Source of the DNA: Vicinamibacterales bacterium
GTDB lineage: Bacteria > Acidobacteriota > Vicinamibacteria > Vicinamibacterales > UBA8438
DNA length: 64,000 nt
Assembly (NCBI GenBank): GCA_965214865.1
Contig: CBDCCN010000001.1
Location: forward strand, 451,747 to 515,746
Reading direction: 5' to 3'
Every line of letters begins with the position of its first letter. Within the stretch, counting starts at the first letter, position 1. Both the position numbers and the translations under genes were made by a program. Below are positions 52,107 through 61,309 of this stretch, piece after piece. The notes below the pieces were generated by a model. That model did not search any database and was not told where the DNA came from. It saw only the letters and a program-made list of their open reading frames with translations.

Positions 52107-53292
52107 GGCCGCCTCCGAACGGTGACGAGGACGAACACGTCCTGAACGTCGAACTCCGGCGGTGGATTACCGTTTTCCGCCAACGTCCTGCGCGCCGTTT
52201 CTATGCCGATTCCGAAGCGCTGCATGAAGCCCATGTTCTTCATCGCTTCCGCGATGGTGGGGTTGCGGTAGGAGGTCGCTCCCTGTCCGAAATTGTCGCG
52301 TCCGACTTCCCCGAACGCGGTGCCCGGGCTCAGGATTTCCACACGGTCGACGAGCCAGGAGATCCGCACGGGAGTGTTTGAACTCTCGTAGTTTCTGTGA
52401 ATCGCCGCGTTGCGGAGGAGTTCGCGGAGGGCCTCGTAGGGATAGCTTCGTTCCTCGACGTGCCGTTCTCCGCGCGTATCGAGCGCATGGGGAATGTTCA
52501 ACCTCAGCAAACGGTCCGCTTCCCGCAACTGCTCCGGCAACGGTCCGGAAAGTTCAGCATGGTCGAGTATCTCATCCGTCACGGCGGTCCCGCCGTAGCG
52601 GACGAACTGCAGATATGCTCCGGGAAACCAGTACCGCGGATCCCTGCCCAGCATGAGGATCGCCGTGACCGTGGGCGCACCGTTCCGCGCCACGAGACGC
52701 AGCGCCTGCAGTTGCTCCTCCCGATTACGGCGGTTCTCCGTCAGGACTTCCGGAGAAACCGCACAGGGCAGGTAGTCGTTCTCTCGAACGCCCGCATGTC
52801 CAGGTCGGCCTTCACCGTCGCCCCGGCGACGCCCTGCATGTCGTAGGGAACGTTCCCCCAGCGGCGTTTCTCGGTGAGACGGCGCTCCTCTTCGGCCGTG
52901 GCCTGGCCTCGCCGAGGGCCGATGCGAATCCAGCACCGGCCGTCCGCCTTTAGCGGCGGATTGTCCGAGGGCTCGACCTGGACTACCGCGACGTCGCAGT
53001 TGCGCAGCCGCTTCCTGGCGACCTCCATGACGGGGAAAGGCAGGATCTTCCCGTCCGTCCGCAGCCCGCCGAGCGTCCGGAGCAAGCCGTCGTCGATGGC
53101 CGAGCCGGCACAGCTTCCGTCGTCTCCCAATCCGATGAAGAGAAGTCCCGGTGCTCCGTTCCCCGGCAGATCGTTGGCGAACGCGCATATCGCCTCCCGG
53201 AACTTGTCGAGATCCCGCACGGACGTGGTGAATTCCACACCGTCGCTCTCGCCGCTCTCGATTCGGTCGAGCAGTTCTTCGTCGCCCAGCAT
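52103..53292 (-). pseudogene. AlbA_2 (Schlafen-like) + HATPase_c_4 protein, paralog 2, one frame disruption (or assembly indel)
   Basis: ATG 53292 after GGAAGGAAG. ESDGVEFTTSVRDLDKFREAICAFANDLPGNGAPGLLFIGLGDDG. Frame A ends ...DLDMRAFER. Frame B continues NDYLPCAVSPEVLTENRR...LRELLRNAAIHRNY... to 52103. The shift is in gagaga at ~52779-52786. Confidence 0.8.
52855..52931 (-). repeat. 77-bp perfect repeat, copy 2 (inside the AlbA_2 paralog 2 coding sequence)
   Basis: Identical to 50945..51021. The spacing between copies is 1,910 bp. Confidence 0.95.
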
Positions 53293-53566
53293 GCCTCTTC
53301 CTTCCGGTTTCCGATGCGAAGTCTTCGTCCGATTATGACGCCGGATGTGCGCGGCGAGTGATCGGCGCCCCCCTGCGGGGCCGGGAGGCACCTCGGACAG
53401 GTTCCGCGTCGCACCGGGAACGGCGGCCGGATTCACCAGCCGTACCGACCCTTCGACACCCGTTCGCAGGACTCCCGCGCGGGCTCGCGGCAAGGTGGGA
53501 CGAGCGAACGACGGGCGTGAGAGGGGCCGCGGTTCCGCCGGCGGGCGGAGACCGCGGCCCCGAGGA

Positions 53567-56500
53567 CTACCAGCTCAACTGCGTCGACAGCCGCAGCATC
53601 CGGCCGAGCACGTAGCGGCTCGGCTGCGCATAGACGCCCGACGTGTAGTTGTAGGACGCCTCGGCGTACCACACGTCGGTGTTCGTCACGTTGTAGATCT
53701 CGAGCTGCGGGCGGAACTCCATGCCGCCGGCGTTGCCGATCCACTGGAAGCTGAAGTTCAGCATGTTCGTCCGCGGCAACTGGTGGATCGTGCCGGCCGG
53801 CGCGACCGGCACCGTGATCGACGACTGCACCATGTCGGGTATGACCGGCATGCCCGGCTCGCAGGGCGCGCCGTTGATGGTGGCGCCGTGACACCGCGGC
53901 GCGCGGCCGTGGGACCCGCCGTCGGCGGTGTACACCGTGTTCCGGTTGATGAGCCAGTTGACCGGCAGCAGCTCGTCCACGCGCTGGATGTCCCCCGTCA
54001 ACCGGCCCGTCACACTGTTCAGCACCAGGCTGAACTGCATGTTCGCAGGCAGCGGGAAGTAGCCGCCGAGCTTGAAGTCGTTCTTGAAGTCGACCCCGTC
54101 GTAGGCGACCTGCGCGCCGCCCGGCAGGCTGACGTTGTACCGGTTCATGTCGTTGCGGTCGCAGAAGCGGTCCCCGTTCGGGTCGCCCCGGTTGTCGCAC
54201 TCGCTCGTGATCTTGCGCTGCGTGGTCAGGCTGGAGATGAGCTGTCCCCCGCCCGGCAGCCGGGCGTTGAGCGCCAACTCGATCCCGTTGTAGACGCCGG
54301 TGTGGCCGATCGGGTTGGTGACGAGGTTGTCCACCTGTCCCACCAGGTCCGTGCCCGCCAGGTCGTAGACGTTGAAGACCTCGCCGTTGAGCGGGTTCAC
54401 CACCTCGACCGCGCGGAACGACCCCGGCGCCTCCCAGTGCCGGTTGTAGATGAACATCCCCTCGTAGCCGGTGTCGGTGAAGAGGATGTCGTGGAACGAC
54501 CGGCGGTACCAGCCGACGCTGAGGGAGACGTTGCGCGTGAGCTCCCGCTCCACGCTGACCGACGTCTCGATGTTCCACTCGCGCACCAGATCCGGGTCGA
54601 TGTCGTCGAGGCGGCGCGTGCCGAAGTTCGGGGGCAGCCGGGCGAAGTCGAGCTCGTGGTCCTGCACGATGCTGTCGCCGTTCGGATCGCTCCACGGAAG
54701 GGCGAACGTCGTCAGCGCCATCGGATTCACCCGGTTCGGCAACGCCGTGGTGGTCGGGGTCAGGTACTTCCCGGTGCTGAACTTCAGCGCGGTGCGGGCG
54801 TCGCCGAAGACGTCCCACGCGACGCCGATGCGCGGCGACCACTCGGGCCCCCAGCAGGGCACGCAGGTCACCTCGGCGAAGTCGCGTCCCCTGGCGAAGC
54901 GGCCGTCCGGGACGCGCTGCGGGGGCACCGACCCGTTGAGCCAGTCGGCGCGCAGGCCGCCGGTGATCGTCACCCGGTCGACGGTCCAGGCGTCCTGGAT
55001 GAACCAGCCGGTCTCCTTGACCGAGTTCAACCGGATGAACGGGTAGTTGCCTGCCAGCACCTCGTAGGCGCGCCCGTCGCGGATGTTCATCCGGCTGATG
55101 TCGCCGTTGTTGAAGCGGTGCTGCTCGGCTGTGCCCCAGGCGTAGGAGAAACCGGTCTTGAAGTTGTGCGACCCCGTGACGTAGGACACCGAGCTCATCA
55201 CCCGCTCGCCCGGCAGGTTCCAGGAGAAGTCCTCCACCGAATCGAACTGGATGTTCCGGTCGAGGTCGCGCTTGTGCACGAACTGCAGCCAGTTGTCCGA
55301 CCAGCGCGGGAAGACGGTGTTCGGTTGCGGGTCGCTGCAGCAGTCGGCGACGCCGGAGCTCCCGTAACCCGCCTCGATCAGCAGCCGGCTGCTGATCGTC
55401 GAGGTCCACTTCGCCTGTCCCTGCCAGTAGGGCGCGTGGTGCCAGCCCTGGCCCTTGTTCTGGTAGTTGCGGGCGGTCTCCGGGTCGGGACCGCGCTGGT
55501 CGTCGAGCAGGAATGCGGATTGAATCCAGGCAGACTCCGGGGTGGCGCGCCACGTGCCGCGGTAGCGGGCCTCGTGCGGCAGGTCGATGAACGGTCCGCG
55601 CCGCTTGTTCAGCCGATCGAGGGTGGCGCTGAACTTGTTGTTCGGATTCGCCTGCCAGGTGAGCCGGGTGACGCTGGAGATGATGTCCTCCTCGTTGAAG
55701 AACTGGCTCCGGTCGTCGAACAGCCAGCCCGGCTCCGGCGTCCACGCGCCCCAGTAGCGGACCGACTCGTGGAACCAGAGCTGGTCCTGGACGATCGGCC
55801 CGCCGATCGACCCGGAGTAGTCGAACAGCTTGTTGAAGTCGGCCGCCTCGGTCGTGCCCGCCTGCCGCAGCCGGTCGGAGTAGTTGTTGGCGATCCAACC
55901 GCCCGCGGTGTGGCCGACGTAGCCCTGGCCGCTGAAGGTGTTGCCGCCTTCCTTCGGGATGATGTTCATGACGACGCCGCCCGCCTGCATCTCGGCGTTG
56001 CCGCCGCCGCCGCCCGCCTGCACCGCCATCTCCTGCGTGGCCAGGTCCTGGTTGTACATGACCGGGACGCCTTCGAGGGCCAGCAGGTCGAGGGCCATGC
56101 CCTCCTGCATCACGGTGGTGTGCTTGGCGTTGGCGCCGCGCGCCTCGAGCTGCAGGTCGTTGACGTAGCGCGAGCCGCCGACGTCTACCCCCGCCATCGA
56201 CACGCCGGGCACCATCATCGCCTGGGTCCAGGGGCTGCCGGTGTTGATGACGTTGTCGAGCACCTCGCGGGAGAGCACCTGCACGCGGGCCGCCTGCTGC
56301 ACGTCGACCACCGGGGCCGCGCCGGAGACGGTCACCGTCTCCTCGAGGGCGCCGACCGACAGTTGCACGTCCAGCTCCGCCGTGAACTCCGACGGCAGGT
56401 CGAAGTTCTCCTGCACCACCGTGCCGAAGCCGGCCAGCGAGAAGGTCAGGCTGTAGATGCCCGGCCGCAGGTTGACGATGCTGTAGCGCCCCTGGCCGTC

Positions 56501-56689
56501 GGTCACGGCGACGCGGCTGCCCTCGATGAGCGCCGGACTCGAAGCCTCCACCGTGACACCCGGAAGGATGCCGCCGGTGTTGTCGGTGACCTGGCCGCCG
56601 ATCGCGCTCTGGGCCGCGGCCGACGCCGGCCACAGCGCCAATCCCGCGACGAGGAGCCAGGCGTACTGGGTCCTACGGACGCACTGCAC
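53567..56689 (-). CDS. TonB-dependent receptor with N-terminal CarboxypepD_reg domain
   Basis: 1,040 aa. GTG 56689 after GGAGGTGA, with a signal peptide. GQVTDNTGGILPGVTVEA...GRYSIVNLRPGIYSLTFSLAGF, then ETVTVSG and a long beta-barrel ending ...LRLSTQLSW. Confidence 0.9.
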   Translation of the reverse strand: MQCVRRTQYAWLLVAGLALWPASAAAQSAIGGQVTDNTGGILPGVTVEASSPALIEGSRVAVTDGQGRYSIVNLRPGIYSLTFSLAGFGTVVQENFDLPSEFTAELDVQLSVGALEETVTVSGAAPVVDVQQAARVQVLSREVLDNVINTGSPWTQAMMVPGVSMAGVDVGGSRYVNDLQLEARGANAKHTTVMQEGMALDLLALEGVPVMYNQDLATQEMAVQAGGGGGNAEMQAGGVVMNIIPKEGGNTFSGQGYVGHTAGGWIANNYSDRLRQAGTTEAADFNKLFDYSGSIGGPIVQDQLWFHESVRYWGAWTPEPGWLFDDRSQFFNEEDIISSVTRLTWQANPNNKFSATLDRLNKRRGPFIDLPHEARYRGTWRATPESAWIQSAFLLDDQRGPDPETARNYQNKGQGWHHAPYWQGQAKWTSTISSRLLIEAGYGSSGVADCCSDPQPNTVFPRWSDNWLQFVHKRDLDRNIQFDSVEDFSWNLPGERVMSSVSYVTGSHNFKTGFSYAWGTAEQHRFNNGDISRMNIRDGRAYEVLAGNYPFIRLNSVKETGWFIQDAWTVDRVTITGGLRADWLNGSVPPQRVPDGRFARGRDFAEVTCVPCWGPEWSPRIGVAWDVFGDARTALKFSTGKYLTPTTTALPNRVNPMALTTFALPWSDPNGDSIVQDHELDFARLPPNFGTRRLDDIDPDLVREWNIETSVSVERELTRNVSLSVGWYRRSFHDILFTDTGYEGMFIYNRHWEAPGSFRAVEVVNPLNGEVFNVYDLAGTDLVGQVDNLVTNPIGHTGVYNGIELALNARLPGGGQLISSLTTQRKITSECDNRGDPNGDRFCDRNDMNRYNVSLPGGAQVAYDGVDFKNDFKLGGYFPLPANMQFSLVLNSVTGRLTGDIQRVDELLPVNWLINRNTVYTADGGSHGRAPRCHGATINGAPCEPGMPVIPDMVQSSITVPVAPAGTIHQLPRTNMLNFSFQWIGNAGGMEFRPQLEIYNVTNTDVWYAEASYNYTSGVYAQPSRYVLGRMLRLSTQLSW

Positions 56690-56987
56690 GATTCACCTCC
56701 GTTCCGTGAGTGTTTCCGACGAACGAGGCGCGCCGGAGATATAGCGGAGACCTATGGAGGGACCAGCTTCGGCAGCGGAAGGGAGACACGACGCGGCGCA
56801 GGCCGGTCTGCATCGATGAGGCCGCGGACCATCGCCGCGGAGAAGTTCGCCCCAGCATCGCTTCCGCTCTCCGGGTGAACGCCAACCACCGACGACGCGA
56901 ACTCGACCGACGCGTGACCCGGACCGGAGCCGCGGCGCGCGGGGGCGCGGGCGGTGGCCGGGCAGCCTCCTCACTATACTCCTGACA

Positions 56988-57023
56988 GTCCCCGGCGTCC
57001 CCGGCGTCCCCGGCGTCCCCGGC
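56988..57023. repeat. 4 x 9-bp perfect tandem repeat (gtccccggc) in the divergent promoter region
   Basis: Read directly: units at 56988, 56997, 57006 and 57015. They lie between the receptor gene start (56689) and the 57172 gene start, next to a TATAGT-like hexamer on the minus strand (rev-comp of 56973-56978). Confidence 0.9.
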
Positions 57024-57171
57024 GCATGCACGCACGGACCGTTCACGAACGTGTCGGGACGCCCGCCCTTGACGTTCGTCCTCCGCCGGGGCATGCTCGG
57101 CACGAACGGCTGCCGCCGGCCGTCGGCCGTCACCGCCGGGCGCCGGCCGGACCGCAACACGGAGGACCGCC

Positions 57172-59370
57172 ATGAGCAAGCGTTTCGCAGGAGCGTCGGT
57201 CGTCGCCGTGCTCGTCGCCGCGGCGCTGGTCACCCTGTCCGCGTCCGGCCGCGCCGCGGGCGAGGTGCAGGCCGAAGACGCGGACATCAGCGGCGTGGTC
57301 ACCAGCGCGAACGGCCCCGAGGAGGGCGTCTGGGTCATCGCCGAGACTACGTCCCTGCCGACGAAGTTCGTCAAGAGCGCGGTGACGGGCGACGGCGGCC
57401 GGTACCTGATTCCCGACCTGCCGGACGCGACCTACGACGTGTGGGTGCGCGGCTACGGGCTGCTCGACTCGGAGCCGGTGACCGCCGCGCCGGGCGACAC
57501 GGTGGACATCGAGGCGACGGCGGCCGCGACGCCGGCCGAGGCGGCCCGGATCTACCCCGCCAACTACTGGTACTCGCTCATCCGCCCGCCGGCCCCGGCC
57601 GAGTTCCCCGGCACCGGGGAGGACGGCAACGGCATCGCCGCCAACCTGCGGCACCAGGACCAGTGGGTCGACATCCAGAAGCAGGGCTGCATGCTGTGCC
57701 ACCAGCTCGGCAGCCGCATCATCCGCGAGATCGACAACCTCGACCAGTTCGACTCCAGTCTCGAGGCCTGGGACCACCGCGTCCGCATGGGCCAGCGCGG
57801 CGGGCAGATGACCAACGTCATGAACCGCTTCGGCCGCGGGCGCGGCCTGCAGATGTTCGCCGACTGGAGCGACCGGATCGCCGCCGGGGCGGTGCCGCCG
57901 GCCCCGCCCCGGCCCCGGGGTGTCGAGCGCAACGTCGTTGTCTCGATGTGGGAGTGGGGCACCGAGATCGACTACATCCACGACGAGATCACGACCGACA
58001 AGCGCGATCCGACCGTCAACGCCGGCGGCCCGGTCTACGGCGTGAACATCTCCAACGACGCGCTCACGATCCTCGACCCGGCGACCCACACCGCCACCAG
58101 CCTCGACGTCCCGCTGCGCGTCGACCCCGACACCGTGCCGGGGATGATCGCGCTCTCGATGCCGGCGCCGTCGCGGTTCTTCGGGGACGAGCTGATCTGG
58201 AACGACCCGGCCAACCCGCACAACCCGATGATGGACCGGAAGGGTCGGGTGTGGATGACCTCGGCGATCCGCAACCGCGCCAACCCCGACTACTGCAGGG
58301 AGGGTTCGGACCATCCCTACGCGCAGTACTTCCCGCTGGCCGGCGGCTTCCGGTCGGCGGTGTTCTACGAGCCGGACCAGGAGCAGTTCGTGCTGGTCGA
58401 CACCTGCTTCGGGACCCACCACCTGCAGTTCGCCGAGGACGAGAACGACACCCTCTACTTCAGTGGCGGCGGGCAGGTCATCGGCTGGATCGACACGCGG
58501 CTCTACGACGAGACAGGCAACGAGCAGCTCGCCCAGGGCTGGTGCCCGACCGTGCTCGACACCAACGGCGACGGCGTGATCACGAAGCCGTGGAACGAGC
58601 CGGCGCAGCGCGGGCGGGAGGTCGGGCACGACCCCGCCCTCGACACGCGCGTGTCCATCGGCAGCTACGGCGTCATCGCCGACCCGACCGACGAGAAGGC
58701 GGTCTGGATCAGCTCGAACCGGTTCCCGGGCCGGCTCGCCCGGCTGCACGTCGGCGACGACCCGCCGGCGAGCTGCGTGACCGAGATGTACGAGGTGCCG
58801 TCGGTCCTCGATCCGAACGTGCCGCCGGAGAAGCGCGGGTTCGGCTCGCGCGGGATCGACATCGACCGCGACGGCGTCGTCTGGACGGCGCTGTCCGGAT
58901 CGAGCCACCTCGCCAGCTTCGACCGGCGCCAGTGCGCCGTGCACAACGGTCCCAGCACGGCCGAAGGGCGGCACTGCGTCGAAGGCTGGACCCTCTACCC
59001 CACGCCCGGCCCCACGATTCCCGGCACCGAACCGCCGGTGCGGGCCGACTACCACTACTACAACTGGGTGGACCAGTGGAACACCCTCGGCCTGGGCAAG
59101 GACGTGCCGATCGCCACCGGATCGAACTCGGATTCGCTGCTGGCCCTGGATCCGGACACCGGGGAGTGGATCGTGCTGCGGGTGCCCTATCCGCAGGGCT
59201 TCTTCACCCGCGGACTCGACGGCCGCATCGACGATCCGGACGCCGGCTGGAAGGGGCGCGGCGTGTGGGCCACCTACGGCGCGGCGGTCACCTGGCACAT
59301 CGAGGGCGGCGTCGGCGTCAAGCCGGGGATGCTGAAGTTCCAGGTGCGTCCGCATCCGCTCGCCAACTGA
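57172..59370 (+). CDS. exported CarboxypepD_reg-domain protein with a single CxxCH heme-binding motif
   Basis: ATG 57172 after GGAGGA, with a signal peptide. ISGVVTSANGPEEGVWV...GRYLIPDLPDATYDVWVRGYG. CMLCH within WVDIQKQGCMLCHQLG. 732 aa. No named function recalled. Confidence 0.8.
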   Translation: MSKRFAGASVVAVLVAAALVTLSASGRAAGEVQAEDADISGVVTSANGPEEGVWVIAETTSLPTKFVKSAVTGDGGRYLIPDLPDATYDVWVRGYGLLDSEPVTAAPGDTVDIEATAAATPAEAARIYPANYWYSLIRPPAPAEFPGTGEDGNGIAANLRHQDQWVDIQKQGCMLCHQLGSRIIREIDNLDQFDSSLEAWDHRVRMGQRGGQMTNVMNRFGRGRGLQMFADWSDRIAAGAVPPAPPRPRGVERNVVVSMWEWGTEIDYIHDEITTDKRDPTVNAGGPVYGVNISNDALTILDPATHTATSLDVPLRVDPDTVPGMIALSMPAPSRFFGDELIWNDPANPHNPMMDRKGRVWMTSAIRNRANPDYCREGSDHPYAQYFPLAGGFRSAVFYEPDQEQFVLVDTCFGTHHLQFAEDENDTLYFSGGGQVIGWIDTRLYDETGNEQLAQGWCPTVLDTNGDGVITKPWNEPAQRGREVGHDPALDTRVSIGSYGVIADPTDEKAVWISSNRFPGRLARLHVGDDPPASCVTEMYEVPSVLDPNVPPEKRGFGSRGIDIDRDGVVWTALSGSSHLASFDRRQCAVHNGPSTAEGRHCVEGWTLYPTPGPTIPGTEPPVRADYHYYNWVDQWNTLGLGKDVPIATGSNSDSLLALDPDTGEWIVLRVPYPQGFFTRGLDGRIDDPDAGWKGRGVWATYGAAVTWHIEGGVGVKPGMLKFQVRPHPLAN

Positions 59371-59516
59371 GCGACCGTGGGCCCGACCGGTCTCTCGAAC
59401 CGGTGAACCGGCGGCGCCCGCACCGTGAACCGGGAGCCCTCGCGGAGGCGATTCCGCGGGGGTCCCGGCGGTCCGCCGAGACGACTGCGACACGATCGAC
59501 GAACTGGAGGTACACG

Positions 59517-60512
59517 ATGAGAAACTGCATCCCCGCGCTGCTGGCGGCGGTCGTCGCGTTCGGCACGCTCGGCGCGGCCCCGGCCGCGGCCGGGGACGTC
59601 GAGATCACCGAGTGGGTGGTGCCCTGGGAGAACACCCGGCCGCGCGACCCCTACGTGGACGGCCAGGGACGCGTCTGGTTCGTCGGGCAGCGGGGCAACT
59701 ACCTCGCCTATCTGGACCCGGAGACGGGCGACTTCCGGCGCTACGAGCTCGACCCGGGCACCGGTCCGCACAACCTGATCGTCGACGACGACGGGTTCGT
59801 CTGGTATGCGGGCAACCGGGCCATGCACATCGGAAAACTCGACCCGGACACCGGAGACATCGAGAAGTTCATGATGCCGACTCCCGACGCCCGGGATCCG
59901 CATACGCTGACCTTCGACCACAACGGCGACATCTGGTTCTCCGTGCAGGGCGGCAGCTTCGTCGGCAAGCTGGGCACGCGGACCGGCACCGTCGATCTCA
60001 TCCCCGTCGAGGGCCGCGGCCGGCGCCCCTACGGCATCGTGGTCGACGCGAACAACCGCGCCTGGTTCTGCCAGTTCGGCACGAACAAGCTCGCCACCGT
60101 CGACCCGGAAACGCTGGAGCTCGAGGAGTTCGACCTTCCCCGCGCCGAGGCGCGGCCGCGCCGGCTGGCCCTGACGTCGAACGGACACCTGTGGTACGTC
60201 GACTACGCGGGCGGCAACCTCGGGCGCTTCGATCCGGCCACCGGCGAGGTGCGGGAATGGGCGGTCCCGGGCGGCGCCGGGGCGCGGCCGTACGGGATGT
60301 CGGTGGACGACCGGGACCGGCTGTACTTCGTGGAGTCGGGGACCATGCCGAACCGGTTCGTCGGCTTCGACCCGGCCACCGAAGAGTTCTTCGCCGAGAC
60401 GGAGATCGCGAGCGGCGGCGGGACCGTGCGCCACATGTACTACCACGCGCCGGGGCGCGAGATCTGGTTCGGCACCGACACGAACAACATCGGCCGCGCG
60501 CGCGTGCCGTAG
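59517..60512 (+). CDS. exported Vgb (virginiamycin B lyase)-like beta-propeller protein
   Basis: ATG 59517 after GGAGG, with a signal peptide. Repeated blades (DPYVDGQGRVWFVG, GPHNLIVDDDGFVWYAG, DPHTLTFDHNGDIWFS, RPYGIVVDANNRAWFCQ, PRRLALTSNGHLWYVD, RPYGMSVDDRDRLYFVE). Confidence 0.8.
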   Translation: MRNCIPALLAAVVAFGTLGAAPAAAGDVEITEWVVPWENTRPRDPYVDGQGRVWFVGQRGNYLAYLDPETGDFRRYELDPGTGPHNLIVDDDGFVWYAGNRAMHIGKLDPDTGDIEKFMMPTPDARDPHTLTFDHNGDIWFSVQGGSFVGKLGTRTGTVDLIPVEGRGRRPYGIVVDANNRAWFCQFGTNKLATVDPETLELEEFDLPRAEARPRRLALTSNGHLWYVDYAGGNLGRFDPATGEVREWAVPGGAGARPYGMSVDDRDRLYFVESGTMPNRFVGFDPATEEFFAETEIASGGGTVRHMYYHAPGREIWFGTDTNNIGRARVP

Positions 60513-60541
60513 CCAACCAACCCTCTCCGGGAGTCTGCACC

Positions 60542-61309
60542 GTGCTGCGGCGCGGACTCCCGGCCCGGAAGCACTTGGCCCAGTACGACACCATCGCCGA
60601 AGCGTACCGGGACTCGAAGCAGCTCCCGTTCCGCAAGGCCATCGAGCGCTACACGCTGTTCGAGGCGCTGGGCGACGTTCGCGGAATGACGGTGCTGGAC
60701 CTCGCCTGCGGCGGGGGTTTCTACACCCGCCTGCTCAAGCGGGCCGGCGCCGCCCGGGTCACCGGGGTCGACGTTTCGGCGGAGATGATCCGCCTGGCCG
60801 AGCACGAGGAGGCACGGACTCCGCTCGGCTGCGCGTATCTCCGCCGGGACGTCGCCGACCTCGAACCGGAGCCCGGAGCAACGGATCTGGTCGTGGCCAT
60901 GTACCTGCTGCACTACGCCGGCACCCCGGCGAATCTCCTCCGCTTCCTGCGGGTCTGCCACGCCGCGCTGCGGCCCGGCGGACGGATCGTCGGCTTCAAC
61001 GACAACGTCCTGAAGCCTCCGCGGGGGACGGTGTCGTGGCGCCAGTACGGCGTCGAGAAGACAGGTCCTCCGTCGGCCCCGAACGAAGGAGACCCGATCC
61101 GCTACCGGTTCACCAATCCCGACGGCCGGCAGTTCGAGTTCCACAATTTCTTCCTGAAGCCGGAGACCTACCACGACGCTTTCCGGGAAGCCGGATTCCA
61201 CGACTTCCGCTGGCTCGGCGTCTCCCTGGAGCCCGGCGAGCGGAACAACCCCTTCTGGGACGACTTCCTCGCCAACCCTCCGGTGATTGCCTACGCGGCG
61301 GCGAAGTAG
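60542..61309 (+). CDS. class I SAM-dependent methyltransferase
   Basis: GTG 60542. Motif I VLDLACGGGFYT. Later GGRIVGFN. Confidence 0.75.
   Translation: MLRRGLPARKHLAQYDTIAEAYRDSKQLPFRKAIERYTLFEALGDVRGMTVLDLACGGGFYTRLLKRAGAARVTGVDVSAEMIRLAEHEEARTPLGCAYLRRDVADLEPEPGATDLVVAMYLLHYAGTPANLLRFLRVCHAALRPGGRIVGFNDNVLKPPRGTVSWRQYGVEKTGPPSAPNEGDPIRYRFTNPDGRQFEFHNFFLKPETYHDAFREAGFHDFRWLGVSLEPGERNNPFWDDFLANPPVIAYAAAK

Noticed and set aside
53345-56878. The 1,177-aa plus-strand ORF and the 1,066-aa off-frame minus-strand ORF overlapping the TonB-dependent receptor.
   Set aside because: Both have shadow composition. The 53567..56689 frame has an RBS, a signal peptide, a CarboxypepD_reg domain and a barrel ending in an aromatic residue.
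57051-60512. The 1,153-aa track ORF treated as a single protein.
   Set aside because: Only its last 331 aa (from ATG 59517, with RBS and signal peptide) are Vgb-like. The first part is an off-frame shadow of the 57172..59370 gene.
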